63,979 nt of DNA, taken from positions 22,325,942 through 22,389,920 of the forward strand of contig CM119268.1 in the NCBI GenBank assembly GCA_051294375.1. The letters run 5' to 3'. Positions 41,511 to 54,856 of this stretch are shown here, piece by piece (the stretch's first letter is position 1; each line of letters opens with the position of its first letter). Below the pieces are notes generated by a model. That model worked only from the letters and a program-made list of their open reading frames with translations, had not been told where the DNA came from and searched no databases. Origin of the DNA: Paraspadella gotoi. Its lineage: Eukaryota > Animalia > Chaetognatha. The position numbers and the translations under genes are program-made.

Positions 41511-42324
41511 CGAATGCATTATTGATTGAGAAAGAAAGAAAGTAAGAGAGCGAGCATTAATTCAAAATCCTAAACAAAGCAATTAATTGTTCTCCTTTTA
41601 CTCCCAAATTTCTACTCCCGTCCGTAGCACGTTGGCGAGCTCCTTTATCTCCTTCGCCACGAAGAATTCTTTTCTCGGAAAAGAGGAAAAGTGAATCCTT
41701 GCGATTTTCTGGCCTTCAGACTTTTCATGCACAATCCGCGACATCGTGACAGGATGAAGGTGAGGAAAACCGTTGGGGAATGAGACTTACCTTTTAAAGG
41801 CGAAGGCGCTAAGTGGGCTGAAGAGGGCGATCAGAAAATTCTTGTGAGTGATGAGAGAGAAACTTGTTTTGATACTTGACATGACTTAAAATTGGAATTC
41901 AAGTCAAGTGAATGAGCGAAGGATTATATTTATTAAAAATAATTTGGATAACTAGGGATTAGGTAAATTTGCTAAAATTATACTCGTTTTTTAATGTTTT
42001 TTTAGAGGTAATAACGAAAAATCCGTTGTAACAGCAATTTAGTTTTTATTATTGCTGTTACAACGGATTTTTCGTTATTACCTCTAAACTAATTCAAACA
42101 GCAAAAAGAAAGTCAAAATACAATGTTTTTTTTTAAAAATAGTAAATAAGAATTGCGAGTTGTTTAATCGCTAGATATATTTAAATAAGAATGTGAAAAG
42201 TCTCGAAAAGTAACCCAAAAAATATGACAGTGAGAGACGAATGAAAATAATTAAAAGTATTCAAAACATATGATAAAAACCATTGCGAGACTTTAAAAGA
42301 AATTGATTTCTAAATCAAAACAGA

Positions 42325-44120
42325 TTAAACTTTTTTTTTAAATATGCGTTGTTTGCGTTTGTGTCTTTTCATTGGAGGAATTTTTGATTCTTCTATTTTT
42401 GTTTTTTCTTGTCTTTTTTCTGGACAGTAAAATTATTCTATTATTAAAAATAATAAAATGACTTTATTATTATTTTTTTTTAAATAATACTTTTCATTAT
42501 TAATCAAAGAGAACTTGATTAAGAAACAAGTTTGAGCAAACAATGTCGGATCTGCCTACGATAATTAAGCGGTAATCAGCTAATCAGATGATAATTTAAT
42601 TTTTTTAAATCGCATCATTTTTTTCAACTCGCATCATTTTTTTCAACTTGCATCATTATTTTAACTTGCATAATTTTTTTAACTGGCATCATTTTTTAAT
42701 TTGCATCATTTTTTCATATTAATTAATTAATTAAAACATTTATTAGTAAACGTAAATAATAAAGATTAAAGTAATTGTGACTTATGTTTTTTCCATTTAA
42801 ACTGATTTCCACTGGCACATTCCATCAAAAACTTAATATCTAGCTTTCTTAACACACTTTCCTACGCCGCACACAAAATTTCATCTCAATCAATTAATTC
42901 AATTATAATTAATTTGTGTAATTATGGGTTAAAACAAGTAAAAAGATTTCAGTAAATGTGACTCATATTTTTTTTCATTTAAACTCATTACCACTAGCAC
43001 GTTTCCAATGAAACTTTATATCAAGCTATATCCAGCTTCATTACACACTTTCCTACCCACACACAAAATTTCATTCCAATCCAGCCATCCAATCACGAGT
43101 AATTGGAGCTTTTTGCTAAGGCGTTCCGGACGGACGGACATGGTTTTTTTTTTTTTTTTTTTTTGCATAATTTATCATAATTCGATGTTTTGACATGATA
43201 TAAGTGAGTGCCCGACAAGATTGAGGGGACGGACCGACGGACCGACAAAGTCAATTATAAAAATCGTATCGACACAGGCGTCCTCATTTGGAGCTATAAT
43301 TTTTTTAAAGAATAGCTTGAATAATATTAGATGTATAATTATATAATTGATAATAACAACATTGGATCACCTCTGAGCCAAGGAGGCACATCCGGTTCTT
43401 CGATCTTGACTTGATCCGGTTCGACTTCCTCTTGTCTTCGCCAACGAGGAAATCCCGACTCTTCAATCTTCACTTGGTTTTGTCTTCTTTCTGATTTTTA
43501 AATATTAGGTTTTTTTTTAAATTTCACATTAACTTAGCTTAAAATGTCCAAATTGTTAAGCATTACCTCTCAGCCATGGAGGTATATCCGGTTCTTCGAT
43601 TTGTTCCTGCTTTTGTCCTGGAGTAAAGCATATAAAGCAATAAAGCATGAGAGAGAGAAGCACGGATCATAAAATGTACAAAAAAATGAACACTGTAAAA
43701 AGAAATATATGGTTTAAAGTTTTGTGATAATTATTTTAGAGATATTGAGGAGACAGTGATAAATGTTATGTGTTAGTGACAGAACCGTTCAATATAAGCA
43801 GTCCCTGAGGTTCGGATCAGGCTGTAACACCGCGGGTTAAGCGCCCTGTACCTCTGGGCTAGAACCTCTGGGCTAGAACCCCGGACCTTTGGGTTGGAAG
43901 GCGAATGACTTGCCTCCAGCACTAATGGCCGCTGATGAACGGTTGGTGGATTTTAGTCCACCATAATATTTAACTTACCGACGACGCCACAATATTTATA
44001 ATTAGACATTTTATGCATATTAATGGTATATCAGATCAATTTTTTCTCTCAATCTTTACCTGAAACGACGACGACGACGACGACGAAGACGTAAACAAGA
44101 AACAGAGAAACGAATTTCAT
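42325..44120 (-). CDS. Secreted multi-peptide precursor (108 aa; neuropeptide- or secretion-peptide-like)
   Basis: Four exons joined by phase-1 GT-AG introns: 44120-44060, 43617-43567, 43490-43371, 42419-42325 (327 nt). Product: MKFVSLFLVYVFVVVVVVVSG-QKQEQIEEPDIPPWLRE-RR-QNQVKIEESGFPRW-RR-QEEVEPDQVKIEEPDVPPWLRE-KR-QEKTKIEESKIPPM-KR-HKRKQRIFKKKV*. Confidence 0.8.
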
Positions 44121-44142
44121 TTTGATTTTGATTTTTGATTTT

Positions 44143-44180
44143 TTACTGTCCAATTTGATGACCCGACTTCTTTTAAATAG
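44143..44180 (-). promoter_or_regulatory. Putative TATA box plus initiator of the peptide precursor gene
   Basis: Minus strand reads TATTTAAAAG, with a CAGT initiator-like motif about 30 nt further on and the ATG about 25 nt beyond that. Confidence 0.45.
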
Positions 44181-45593
44181 TCTGTATTTGATACAGTGAG
44201 GAATGCTAATATCGAAAATATTTTGAATTATTACTTTTACTGTTTATTCTATCAATAATTGTATTTCAACCTAGCCAGTCCTTGGGCATTAAACGGTCTG
44301 ACTGTAAATGTGTACAGTCGAAATAAGGATTTGAATTCTAAAACAGAACTTTCGTTTCAAGCGAACTTCACAGTCCTCTCCCTCCCCAAGCACCCCCCCC
44401 CCTTTCTCACTCAATCGGCGTCTCTTGAATTTAATCCCGAGATTTTTTTATGGCGTCAAAAAATGGATCGAGTGAATCTCACGTCTCGTGATTCATAGCG
44501 TTTCGCTATTCACAAAAACAAAATGATACGTTTGTGGTGTGAACTGTTTTCACAGGTGCTGATTTTAAACTTGATCAATTGATAAACTGAATTGATATGA
44601 AATTGTTAAAATTACTATAATTTTTTTAAAAAAATTACTAATAAAACTTAAATATTATTATTAATTATTTCTTCAATAATTAAGCTATCTTGTCTCTGAC
44701 TTTGGACAGGCTTTGGTGGTTTAAGGCCTCCATCACCCTTACAAGATAATAACTTACCAAGAACCTGCAAGCTTTCAATCCAGAATCTTTCACGGTCTCG
44801 TTTATTCACTTCATAGTACTTCACTTTTGGAAATCACTACTTCATTTGATTACCAAAACAACTATTATAGATAATATTTATAATACAGATATATCGTGAA
44901 TAAAATTCAGTCCCGTCGATTCGATACAGTGAGTCCAAATATCCGAATCCTTAAATCTCTTAAATCCTTTAAATCTCTTAAATCCTTTATAAATCTCTTA
45001 AATCCTTTTTTAAATCTCTTAAAATCCTTTAAATCCCTTAAATCCAAAGTCAGGTTTTTCGATATGACGGAGCGAAAAAAAAATCGTCTACGAGTAAATC
45101 TTCTTGGCGACGATCGAGTTGAACTAAATTATAGTTAAATATTAATTAAATCGAAAGTTTAGAGAAAAGGAAAATTTTAAATAGTGAAGATATTTTGTTT
45201 TAAGCTTATATTAATTACGAGCCTCGATTTTTAATCTCGCTTTTACTTTCACGTGGTGTGTCGAATCCACTCCTGTAACCACAATTTAGTAAGTGAACAG
45301 GGTGATTCGAGACGAAATCAAGTAGAATTGATTTCCTTCAGAATACAGCACATAAAACAAGACGGTGTCAATATTTTGGGCAGAGGGAATCAATACAGGT
45401 TTGGGTTTCTTTTATACAGGTTCATCGGATCGGAGGTAAGGATAAAATTCACCGGCCCTTTGTTCATTGGCTGGCGCCATTTGTTCATTGGCCAATGAGA
45501 ATGTTCCATTCTACTTCCGGCGGAGTTTGCTCGCGTCGCCGAGCCGATTTCGATTTTGGAGTCTCGATTCCTCTGCGATGCTCTGACTGCTTC

Positions 45594-45726
<133 letters not shown>

Positions 45727-45763
45727 TCCTCTCCCTCTCTCTCTCCTCCCTCCCTCTCCTCAG

Positions 45764-45981
45764 GTCCGCCCTCTCCCCAAATGCATCGCCGGATGTTCAT
45801 TTTTTCGACTCGATCTCCGATCGTCGACCGCAGCTGCTCCTCCGACGGCCAACGACGGAACAACTTCTCGAGGAAATCTTGGCTTCGGGGATGATGGCGG
45901 GACCCGGCGACGAAGAAGACGACGACGATGTCGCCGATTATGATGCCGAAGCCGGTCGAGGGAGGTGAAGAGAGAGATGAG

Positions 45982-46013
<32 letters not shown>

Positions 46014-46669
46014 GATGGATTCCATAACTTTCCTAATTGAATTCTCTCCTCTTTCCCCTTGCCCTTTCCCACTATCCCTCCCTCCTTCCTCTCCCTTCAT
46101 CCCCTCCCCCTCTTCCGTTCTCTCCCTCCCCTCCTCCTCCCCTCCCTCTCTCTCTTCCTCTTTTTCCTCCCTCCCCTCCTCCTCTTTCCTCCCCCTCTCT
46201 TTCCTCCCTCCCCTCTTCCTCTTTCCTCCCTTCCCCTTCTCCCTCCTCCTCTTCCTCCCCTCTCCTCTCCTCCCTCCTCCCTCCCCTCCTTCTTCTCCTC
46301 CCCCCGTTCCTCCCTTCCTCCCCTCCTCTTCCTCCTTCCCCCTTCCTCCCTTTCCCTCTTCCCTCCTCCCCTCCTCTTCTTCCTCCCCCTTCCTCCTTCC
46401 TCTCCTGCCCTCTTCCTCTCTTCCCCCCCATTCCTCCCTCCCCTCTTCCTCTCTTCCCTCCCTCCCCTCCTCTTCTTCCTTCCCTCCTCCTTCCCTTCCC
46501 TCCCTGCCCTCTTCTCTCCTCCCCCCTCTTCCTCCTCCCTCCCTTCCCCTGCCTCCTCCTCCTAAGATTCTCAAATCGGGAGCGGGTTCGATCTCGCTTC
46601 AGACCCGGATGTGGACCCGGATGTGGAACCCGAACCGCGAAATTCGTTTCTCGAGCGACGAAGATCTGA
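45764..46669 (+). CDS. Possible two-exon fragment of an unknown protein
   Basis: AG-bounded GC-rich blocks about 45764-45963 (…EEILASGMMAGPGDEEDDDD…) and 46568-46669 (…RVRSRFRPGCGPGCGTR…*) join in frame across a pyrimidine-rich intron. No start or domain identified. Confidence 0.3.
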
Positions 46670-47454
46670 GACGTTTTGGAATTTGGCGGGAAAATATGAC
46701 GACGGCGTCGTTTATTTTTATCAAGTGGGTTGTTGTTGTCGTCGTCGTCGTTGTTATTGTTGTTGTTATGGTAATCGTCGTTGCTGATTTTTGGTGGCCA
46801 TTGTTCTTAGCTTGTTTGTTTTTTATTCATTTTCCTTTTATTGTTTTTTCATTTGTTTTAATTTTTTGTAATTTGTTTTGCTTAATTGATATATTTTTTT
46901 TTAATTCATGTCCTATCCATTTATTTTTGTAATTATAATAATCGTGTTATTGTGTTTTTTTTTCTGTCGGTGTTGTTTTCTTTTTTTTAAATACATTCAT
47001 ATTTTCTAAAACGCAAAACGTTACCCTGTATCTATCTCTCTCTTATTCTACCCGACATTATCCGCCAAAACCCGACAGGACAGATTGTGTCGGCAAATAA
47101 AGAAAGAGGACGAATATCGCGCCGGACACAAATGGACTCGTCGGAATCGGTTTTACCGACTAGAGTGGCGGCTTTTGTCGGCCGAGGAGGCCGCGGTTAT
47201 AATTCAGGCCGCGTGGAGAGGGTGAGAGATTTTTGGGTTTGGGTGGTGAGTGGCATTGGGTGAGTTGGTGACTGGTTATTGACAGAGAAAACGAATTCGC
47301 TCTCTTTTCCAAAAACGTTTCATTTCGTTGCCTTAATCCCTTAATATTTAACCAAAACTGATAGCCCAATCCATAATCTTAATCCCTAATGCTAATTCTT
47401 AACCAAATCGTTAACCCTAATCAAAAATTTATTTCTTATATTTAAACTGTATTC

Positions 47455-49840
47455 TCTAACCCTAAAGCCATGTCATGTCCTTAACCTTAACTTAAATCTG
47501 TAACCTAATCCCACATCCTTTACTTTATTCTAACTCCTAATCCCTCATCCTTTACTTTATTCTAACCCCTAATCCCTCATCCTTTACTTTATTCTAGAGA
47601 GAGATTTTATTGTAAAGCCGCTAATCACCTGTCATCCTTTAATTTTATTCTAAACGCCCTAATACCCTCAATGCTTACTTTAATCTGTAACCCTAATCTA
47701 CCACATCCTTTACTTTATTCTAACTCCTAATCTCTCATCCTTTTATTTATCTAACTTTACTAATCTCCCCTTTAACTTATTCTAATCTCTCAATCCCTCA
47801 CCTAATTCCCTAATCACTCTTCTTTATATGCTCCCTACTTATCTACTATTTAACTCCTAATCCCTTCATCCTTTATTACTTATTCTAACCTACTAATCCC
47901 TCAATCCTTTACTTTTTCTTAATCCCTAATTCCCTCATGCCTTTCTTTATGTTAAGCTCCTAATCCTTCATCCTTTAGTTTATTCTAATCCTAATCCTTC
48001 ACATCCTTTACTTTATTCTAAGCCTACTAATGCTCTCTATCTTATACTTATTCTTAAGCCTAATTCTTCATCCTTTATTTATTTCTAAGCCCCTAATCCT
48101 CATCCTTTTACGTTGTATTTCTAAGCCTCATAATTACTTCATCCCTTACTTTATTGTGCTAACCCCTAATTCCATCATCCTTTGACTTTACTTCTAATAC
48201 GTAATCGCTCCTCCTTTACTTATTCTACCCCCTAATGCCCATCTCCTTTACCTTTACTTCAAACTCGCTAATCCTTTCCATCCTTTTACTTTATCTCCGC
48301 TAATGCCCTCATCTGATTATTCTAACCCTAATCCTCCTTTATTTTATCGTTAACCCCTAATCCTCATCCTTTACTTTATTTCTAACTCCTAATCCTTTCA
48401 TCCTTTACTTATCTAAATCTCTAATCCACATCCTTTACTTTTATTCTAACCTACTAATCCCTGGTCATGCCTTACTTTATTCTAACCCCTAATCCCACAT
48501 CTTTACTTTTATTCTAACTCCTAATCCTTTCATTCCATTTACTTTATTTCTAACCCCTAATCGACACATCCTTTACTTATTCTAACACTCTAAATCCCTC
48601 ATCCCTTTACTTTATCGTTAACCCCTAATCCCTCATCCTTTACTTTTAACTTTTCACAGCTCTAACAGGAATCCCGTTTTAAAAAATACAATATTTTTTA
48701 AAAAAAATTTGTTATTTATATATATTAATAAATATTTAAAAGCTTCAGTGTAACAACCCAATAACTAATTCAACAAGTTGCATTGAAATCGATTTCAGTA
48801 ATAGAAGGAAAAAAGAAAATTTTTTGAGAAAAATAGAGTTATAAAAAGTTTTCCATTTCTGGCCCGCCCTGTATTCNNNNNNNNNNNNNNNNNNNNNNNN
48901 NGTTAAGCCCTAATCACCGTCATCCGTTTATTTTATTCTAAACCCCTATCCTCAATCTTACTTATTCTAAAGCTCCCTATTACTCACCTTACTACTACCA
49001 TTTACCTTTATTTATTCTAACTACTAATTCTCCTTTACATCGTACTATACCTACCTCATCTATTGCTTATATTCTAACTCCACCTTCATCCCTTTATATT
49101 ATCTAAGCCTCTAATCCTCAATCCTTTATTTTTCTAACCCTAATCCTCATGCCTTTACTTTATTCTAAGCCCTAATGCTCTTCATGCCTTTATTTATTCT
49201 TAACTCTCTAATTCTACATCCTTTACTTTATTTCTAAGACCTTAATGCCTCATCTTACTATTGGTAAGGGCTAATCAGTCACTTTATTATTCTAAGACCC
49301 ATTCCCTAATCTTTCTTTATCTAGCCTTTACCATCTTATTTAGTGCTAACCCCTAATTCCTCATCCTTTACTTTACTTCTAATACGTAATCCTCCTCCTT
49401 TACTTTATTCTACCCCCTAATTGCCCATCATCTTTACCTTTACTTCTAAACTCCTATAATCCTTTCCATCCTTTTACTTTATTCTGCTACCTCTAATCCC
49501 TCATCCTTGTATTTTATCGTACCTACCTATTCTTCTTTTTGTAACCCTAATCCTCATCCTTTACTTTATTTCTAACTCCTAATCCTCTCATCCTTTACTT
49601 TATCTAAATCTCTAATCCACATCCTTTACTTTTATTCTAACCTACTAATCCCTGCATCCTTACTTATTTCTAACCCCTAATGCCCACATCTTTACTTTAT
49701 TCTAACTCCTAATCCTTTCATTTCCTTTACTTTATTTCTAACCCCCTAATCACACCATTCCTTTACTTATTCTAAACCTCTAATCCCGTCATCCCTTTAC
49801 TTTATCGCTTAACCCCTAATCCTCATCCCTTTATTTTAAC
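47455..49840. repeat. ~31-bp AT-rich satellite in two noisy blocks either side of a gap
   Basis: Unit approximately TAACCCCTAATCCCTCATCCTTTACTTTATTC with many indels. The same unique tail follows both blocks (48650-48875 and 49840-50062). Confidence 0.85.
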
Positions 49841-50983
49841 TATTTCACAGCTCTACAGGAATCCGTTTTTAAAAATACAATTATTTTTTAAAAAAAATTT
49901 TGTTATTTATATATATTAATAAATATTTAAAAAAGCTTCAGGTAACATACCCAATAACTAATTCAACAAGTTGCATTGAAATCGATTTCAGTAATAGAAG
50001 GAAAAAAAGAAAGTTTTTTGAGAAAATAGAAGTTATAAAAATTTTTCATTTTGGGCCGCCCTGACTATTATATAAGGAAGTATAATTAACATTCTAATAA
50101 CTGTGAAATATATTAAACTTTTGACTTTCCATTAGTGTAAATTAATCCAATTTAGTCTAATAATATTATAAATCAAAGTAATCTTAAAATTGTTCATACT
50201 TAGTTATATAAGATTATTAGTTTTATTTAATATTATATATGTAGAAATATATTTATTTTTATGTATAATTTATAAAACAAATAACCTCTCAATTTCGGAA
50301 GTACCTAATGATGCCTGAGGCGGGCTGACATCTCATCAATTTGGCTTAAGGGGCTTCGGACCCTCAGTGGAAGCCTCAAATCCACTGGCGCGTTCTAAGT
50401 AAACGTCCGTCACGCTTTGCCCATTGACAAAGTTTGCTAATATATTCATTTTTAATTTTGATTCTTTCATTAAGTTGGTTTTAAAATTAAAAAAAAACTG
50501 TAAATAATTTTAAGCAAATGAATTTCGCGCTTTTTTATAGTCATTTTTAACCAACTTAAATGACGAAATTCAAATCTGCTATGAAATTATATTAATGTAT
50601 CTAATCAAAATGATGAGATATCATTAAATCAGTCAATTTGAGTTAGATACATAACTTTTTTTTTATATCTTTTTTAATTTTTTTCTTTTTTTTTTTTTTT
50701 TTGTTTTTTTTGTTTTTTTTTTTTTTATTTTTTTTTTTTTATTTTTTTGAAGTTTTTGTTTTTTTTTTTTATTGTTTTAATTTTTGCTTGTATGTATATT
50801 TTTTTTTTTTTTTGTTTTTTTATTTTTTTTTGTCAAAAATACATGAAGTAAAAGCATTATACAGACATCACAGGGAAATATTTTTGAGCAACTACATCAA
50901 AGAAATATGTCCACTAATGACAAATTAAAAAAAGAAAAGAAAAGAATTGAGGAATATTAGATCTATATTATAACATAAACGAA

Positions 50984-52091
50984 TTAATATGATTCAGATC
51001 TCTTTGCGCAAAACGAATTCGCCTGCTTCTCAAATAGGGGCAGAAGATCCCAGCCCCGAACCGTTCGGCTGTCGTTTGAAGCGGGCATGTTCGCAGAGGT
51101 CCCATGACCTAATGACCGCTGTCTTCTCGGGAACGGAGAGTCTTCCGCGAAGCCGAGTCTGAATGGAACCGTCCATTCTGTTCCATCATGAAGCAATCTG
51201 AAGCGCGTGTCGAGCGGTGGAGCATTTTTCATCGAAGCGGGCAGAGATTGAAGCGCTCTGCCATCCGGGTTAAGTCGGGGCGCACGAGGAGCGAAGACGG
51301 CTGGAGGAAGGTACGGCGGGGTTGGAGCTGGAGGAGGGATTAGCGCCGGGACCGGCACCTGCGGAGGAGATTAGCGGGCGGAGGAATGGAACGGGCATCA
51401 TACGGAGGGACTGCACCGCAGGAGGGGATTTAGCGCCGGCAGGATGGATCGGGCGATACATCGGAGGGTTTGGCGGGTGGGCTGGTGGACGGAAATCATT
51501 CGGAGAGGTTTGCGCCTGGCTATATGGGATGGACGGGCACGATCGGAGTGGTTTGGCGCCGCTGGTAGGACGGGCAATTCATCGGAAGGGGTTTGGCAGC
51601 CAGCTGGTGGAGTGGATCTGGTGAGTTGGCATGACGGAGGGCAATCGGGGTTGGTCGCCGCGGTGGACGATCATCGCAGGATTGGCGTGAGCATGTCATT
51701 GGTCGGTGCATTGGCCCGCGCAGGGATGGACAGTTCATCCGCGTCCGAAGGATATAGCGAGGCACCCGCTGGCCGGGCGCTCTGGAGAGCAGCACGCGCA
51801 AATTGGTTGGTCACCCGCAGGAAGGTTATCGGCACCGTAGGTGGGGATGGGAACCACAGGTGGATTGCGCGGGGTACCATCGGCGAAGTTGGAACGGCCG
51901 ACGGGATGGGCACGGCGGGCCAGGCGGGGAAACCCCAAGTAAAGATCGGCCGACACCGGAGGCCCACGCGGGCGGCGGGAGCGGGGCCTGCAGCCAGCAA
52001 CCCAGGTCCTAGCCAGGCCAAGGTTGCCTGACGGACGCCAGAGAACGGAAGGGAAGTCCCATTGTGGTTGAGATCCGGTTTGGTGAAACAT
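50984..52091 (-). pseudogene. Indel-riddled copy of the PAM2 Pro-rich gene (likely uncorrected long-read sequence)
   Basis: Colinear with 57291-57780 but with frequent 1-nt indels. It supplies the C-terminus (…WTVPFRLGFAEDS…EKQANSFCAKRSESY*). Confidence 0.5.
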
Positions 52092-53384
52092 TTCGTTTTT
52101 CAAAGGGATTGAAATCGCGAGAGAGAGACGATGACGAAGGTTGATTTTGAGAGAACTTGATAGAGCAGAGAAGTGGAGAGGAAATTATGTCAGAGTTTTT
52201 TGTGAGAAAAATCACAGGATCGATGATATGACGACGAGAGAGGAGAGAGTTTGTTAAGATAGAACTTTTTTCCCGGAATGGAGATGAAATCTTTGGGAAA
52301 CGTCTCCTCTTTTAAAGGTAAACGGGAGCCGCGGAAGCAAGAAGCGAGGAGATACGCGAGAGAGAGAGAGAGAAGCAGAGAGAGAGAGAGAGAGGAGAAG
52401 AGACAGGTATGAAGCCCGAAAGCGCAAATGGAGATCGAGACAATTTTGACTGACTATATAAGGAATATAATTAAATCTAATACATAGTGAAATATATTAA
52501 ACTTTTACTTTCATTAGTAAATTTAATCCAATTTAGTCTAATATAATAAATCAAGTAATCTTAAAATTGTTCATACTTATTATATAAGATTATTAGTTTT
52601 ATTTAATATATATATAAAATATATTTATTTTTTTATAATTTATAAAACAAATAACCTCTCAATTTTCGGAGTACCTAATGATGCCTGAGGCGGGTGACAT
52701 CTCATCAATTGGCTTAAGGGGCTTCGGACCCTCAGTGGAAGCCTCAAATCCACTGGCGCGTTTAAGTAAACTCCGTCACGCTTTGCCATGACAAAGTTTG
52801 CTAATATAATTCATTTTTAATTTGATTCTTTCATTAAGTTGGTTTTAAATTAAAAAAAAACTGTAAATAATTTTAAGCATGAAATTTCGGCTTATTTTAA
52901 GTATTTTAACCAACTTAATGACGAAATTCAAATCTGCTATGAATTATATTAATGTATCTAATCAAAATGATGAGATACATTAATATCATCATTTTGATTA
53001 GATACATAACTTTTTTTTTAAATCTTTTTTAAATTTTTTTCTTTTTTTTTTTTTTTTTGTTTTTTTTTTTTTTTTTGTTTTTTTTTTTTTTAATTTTTTT
53101 TTTTTTAAATTTTTTTGAAGTTTAAATTGTTTTTTTTTTTTATTGTTTTTTTTATTATTTTATTGTTTTCTTTTTTGTTGGTATATTTTTTAGTTTTTGT
53201 TTTGTTTTTTGTATTTTTTTTTGTCAAAAAAATACATGAATAGAAAGCATTGATACAAGACAATCTACAGGGAAAGTATTTTTGAGCAACTACATCAAAG
53301 AAATATGTCCACTAATGACAAATTAAAAAAAAAAAAGAAAAGAAATTGAGGAGATCATTACGACTATATTATAAACATAAACGA

Positions 53385-54516
53385 ATTAATATGATTCAGA
53401 TCTCTTTGCGCAAAAACGAATTCGCCTGCTTCTCAATAGGGGGCAGAAGACTCCAGCCCCGAACGCGTCGGCTGTCGTTTGAAGCAGGGTCATGGTGTGC
53501 GCAGAGGTCCCATGACCTAATGACCGACTGTCCTTCTCGGGAACGAGAGGAGTCTTCCGCGAACAGACCGAGTCTGAATGGAACCGTCCATATCTTTTGC
53601 CTCATGTAAAGCAAATGCTGAACTGGCGTGTCGAGCGGTGGAGCATTTTCAATCCGAAGCGGGCAGAGATTTGAGCGCTCTGCCATCCGGGTAAGTCGGG
53701 GCGCCACGAGGAGCGAAGACGGCTGGAGAAGGTACGGCGGGGTTGGAGCTGGAGGAGGGATTAGCGCCCCGGGACGCGGGCAACCTGGGCAGGAGATTAG
53801 CGGGCGGAGGAATGGTACGGGCATCATACGAGGGACTGCACCGCAGGAGGGATTTAGCGCCGCAGGATGGATGCGGGCGATCACATCGGAGGGTTTTGGG
53901 CGGGTGGGAGCTGGGTGGACGGAAATCGTAATCGGAGGAGGTTATGCGCCTGGCTATATGGGATGGACGGGCACGATCGGAGTGGTTTTGGCGCGGCGCT
54001 GGAGGACGGGCAGTCATCGGAAGGGGGTTTGGCAGCCAGCCTGTGGGTGGATCTGGTGATCATACGGAGATGGGGTTGGTCGCGCTGGACTGCATGTCAG
54101 ATCTTGAGATGCATTGGTCGGTGGGCCCGGCAGGGATGAGCGTTCATCCAGCGCCGAAAGGCATTAGCGAGGCACCCCCGCTGCGCCGGGGCGCCTGGAG
54201 ACGCCCAAGCACCGCAAATATGGTTGGTCACCCGCAGGAAGGTTATCGGCCACGTAGGTGCGGGATGGGAACCACAAGGGCTGATTGCGCGGGGTACCAT
54301 CGGCGAAGTTGGAACGGCCGACGGGATGGGCACGGCGGGCCAGGCGGGAAAACCCCAAGTAAAGATCGGACAAGACACCCTGGAGGCCCACGCGGGCGGC
54401 CGGAGCGGGGCCTGCAGCGCAGGCAAACCCAGGTCCTGCCAGGCCAAGGTTGCTGACGACGCCCAAGAGGCAACGGAAGGGAAGTCCCATTGGGTTGAGA
54501 TCCGAGTGGGAAACAT
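53385..54516 (-). pseudogene. Second indel-riddled copy of the PAM2 Pro-rich gene
   Basis: Part of a ~2.4-kb direct duplication (about 50062-52440 and 52450-54890) in which each copy carries different scattered indels. Confidence 0.5.
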
Positions 54517-54819
54517 TTCGTTTTCAAAAGGATTGAAATCGCGAAGAGAGAGACGATGACGCAAGGTTGATTTTTGAGAGATATCTTTGATAGAGGCAGG
54601 AGAAGTGGAGAGGAAAACTGTCCAGAGATTTTTGTGAGAAAAATCACAGGACGAGATATGACGACGAGAGAGGAGAGAGAGTTTTGTTAAGATAGGAACT
54701 TTTTCCCCGGAAGGAGATGAAATCTTTGGGAACGTCGACCTCTTTTAAAGGGACGGGAGCCCGCGAAGAAGCACCAGGAACGCGAAGGAGAAGAGAGAGA
54801 GAAGAGAGAGAGAGAGAGA

Positions 54820-54856
<37 letters not shown>

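Noticed and set aside
41597-41870. Possible minus-strand exons (…KEIKELANVLRTGVEIWE*)
   Set aside because: There is one good donor, but no consistent acceptor, frame or start could be established.
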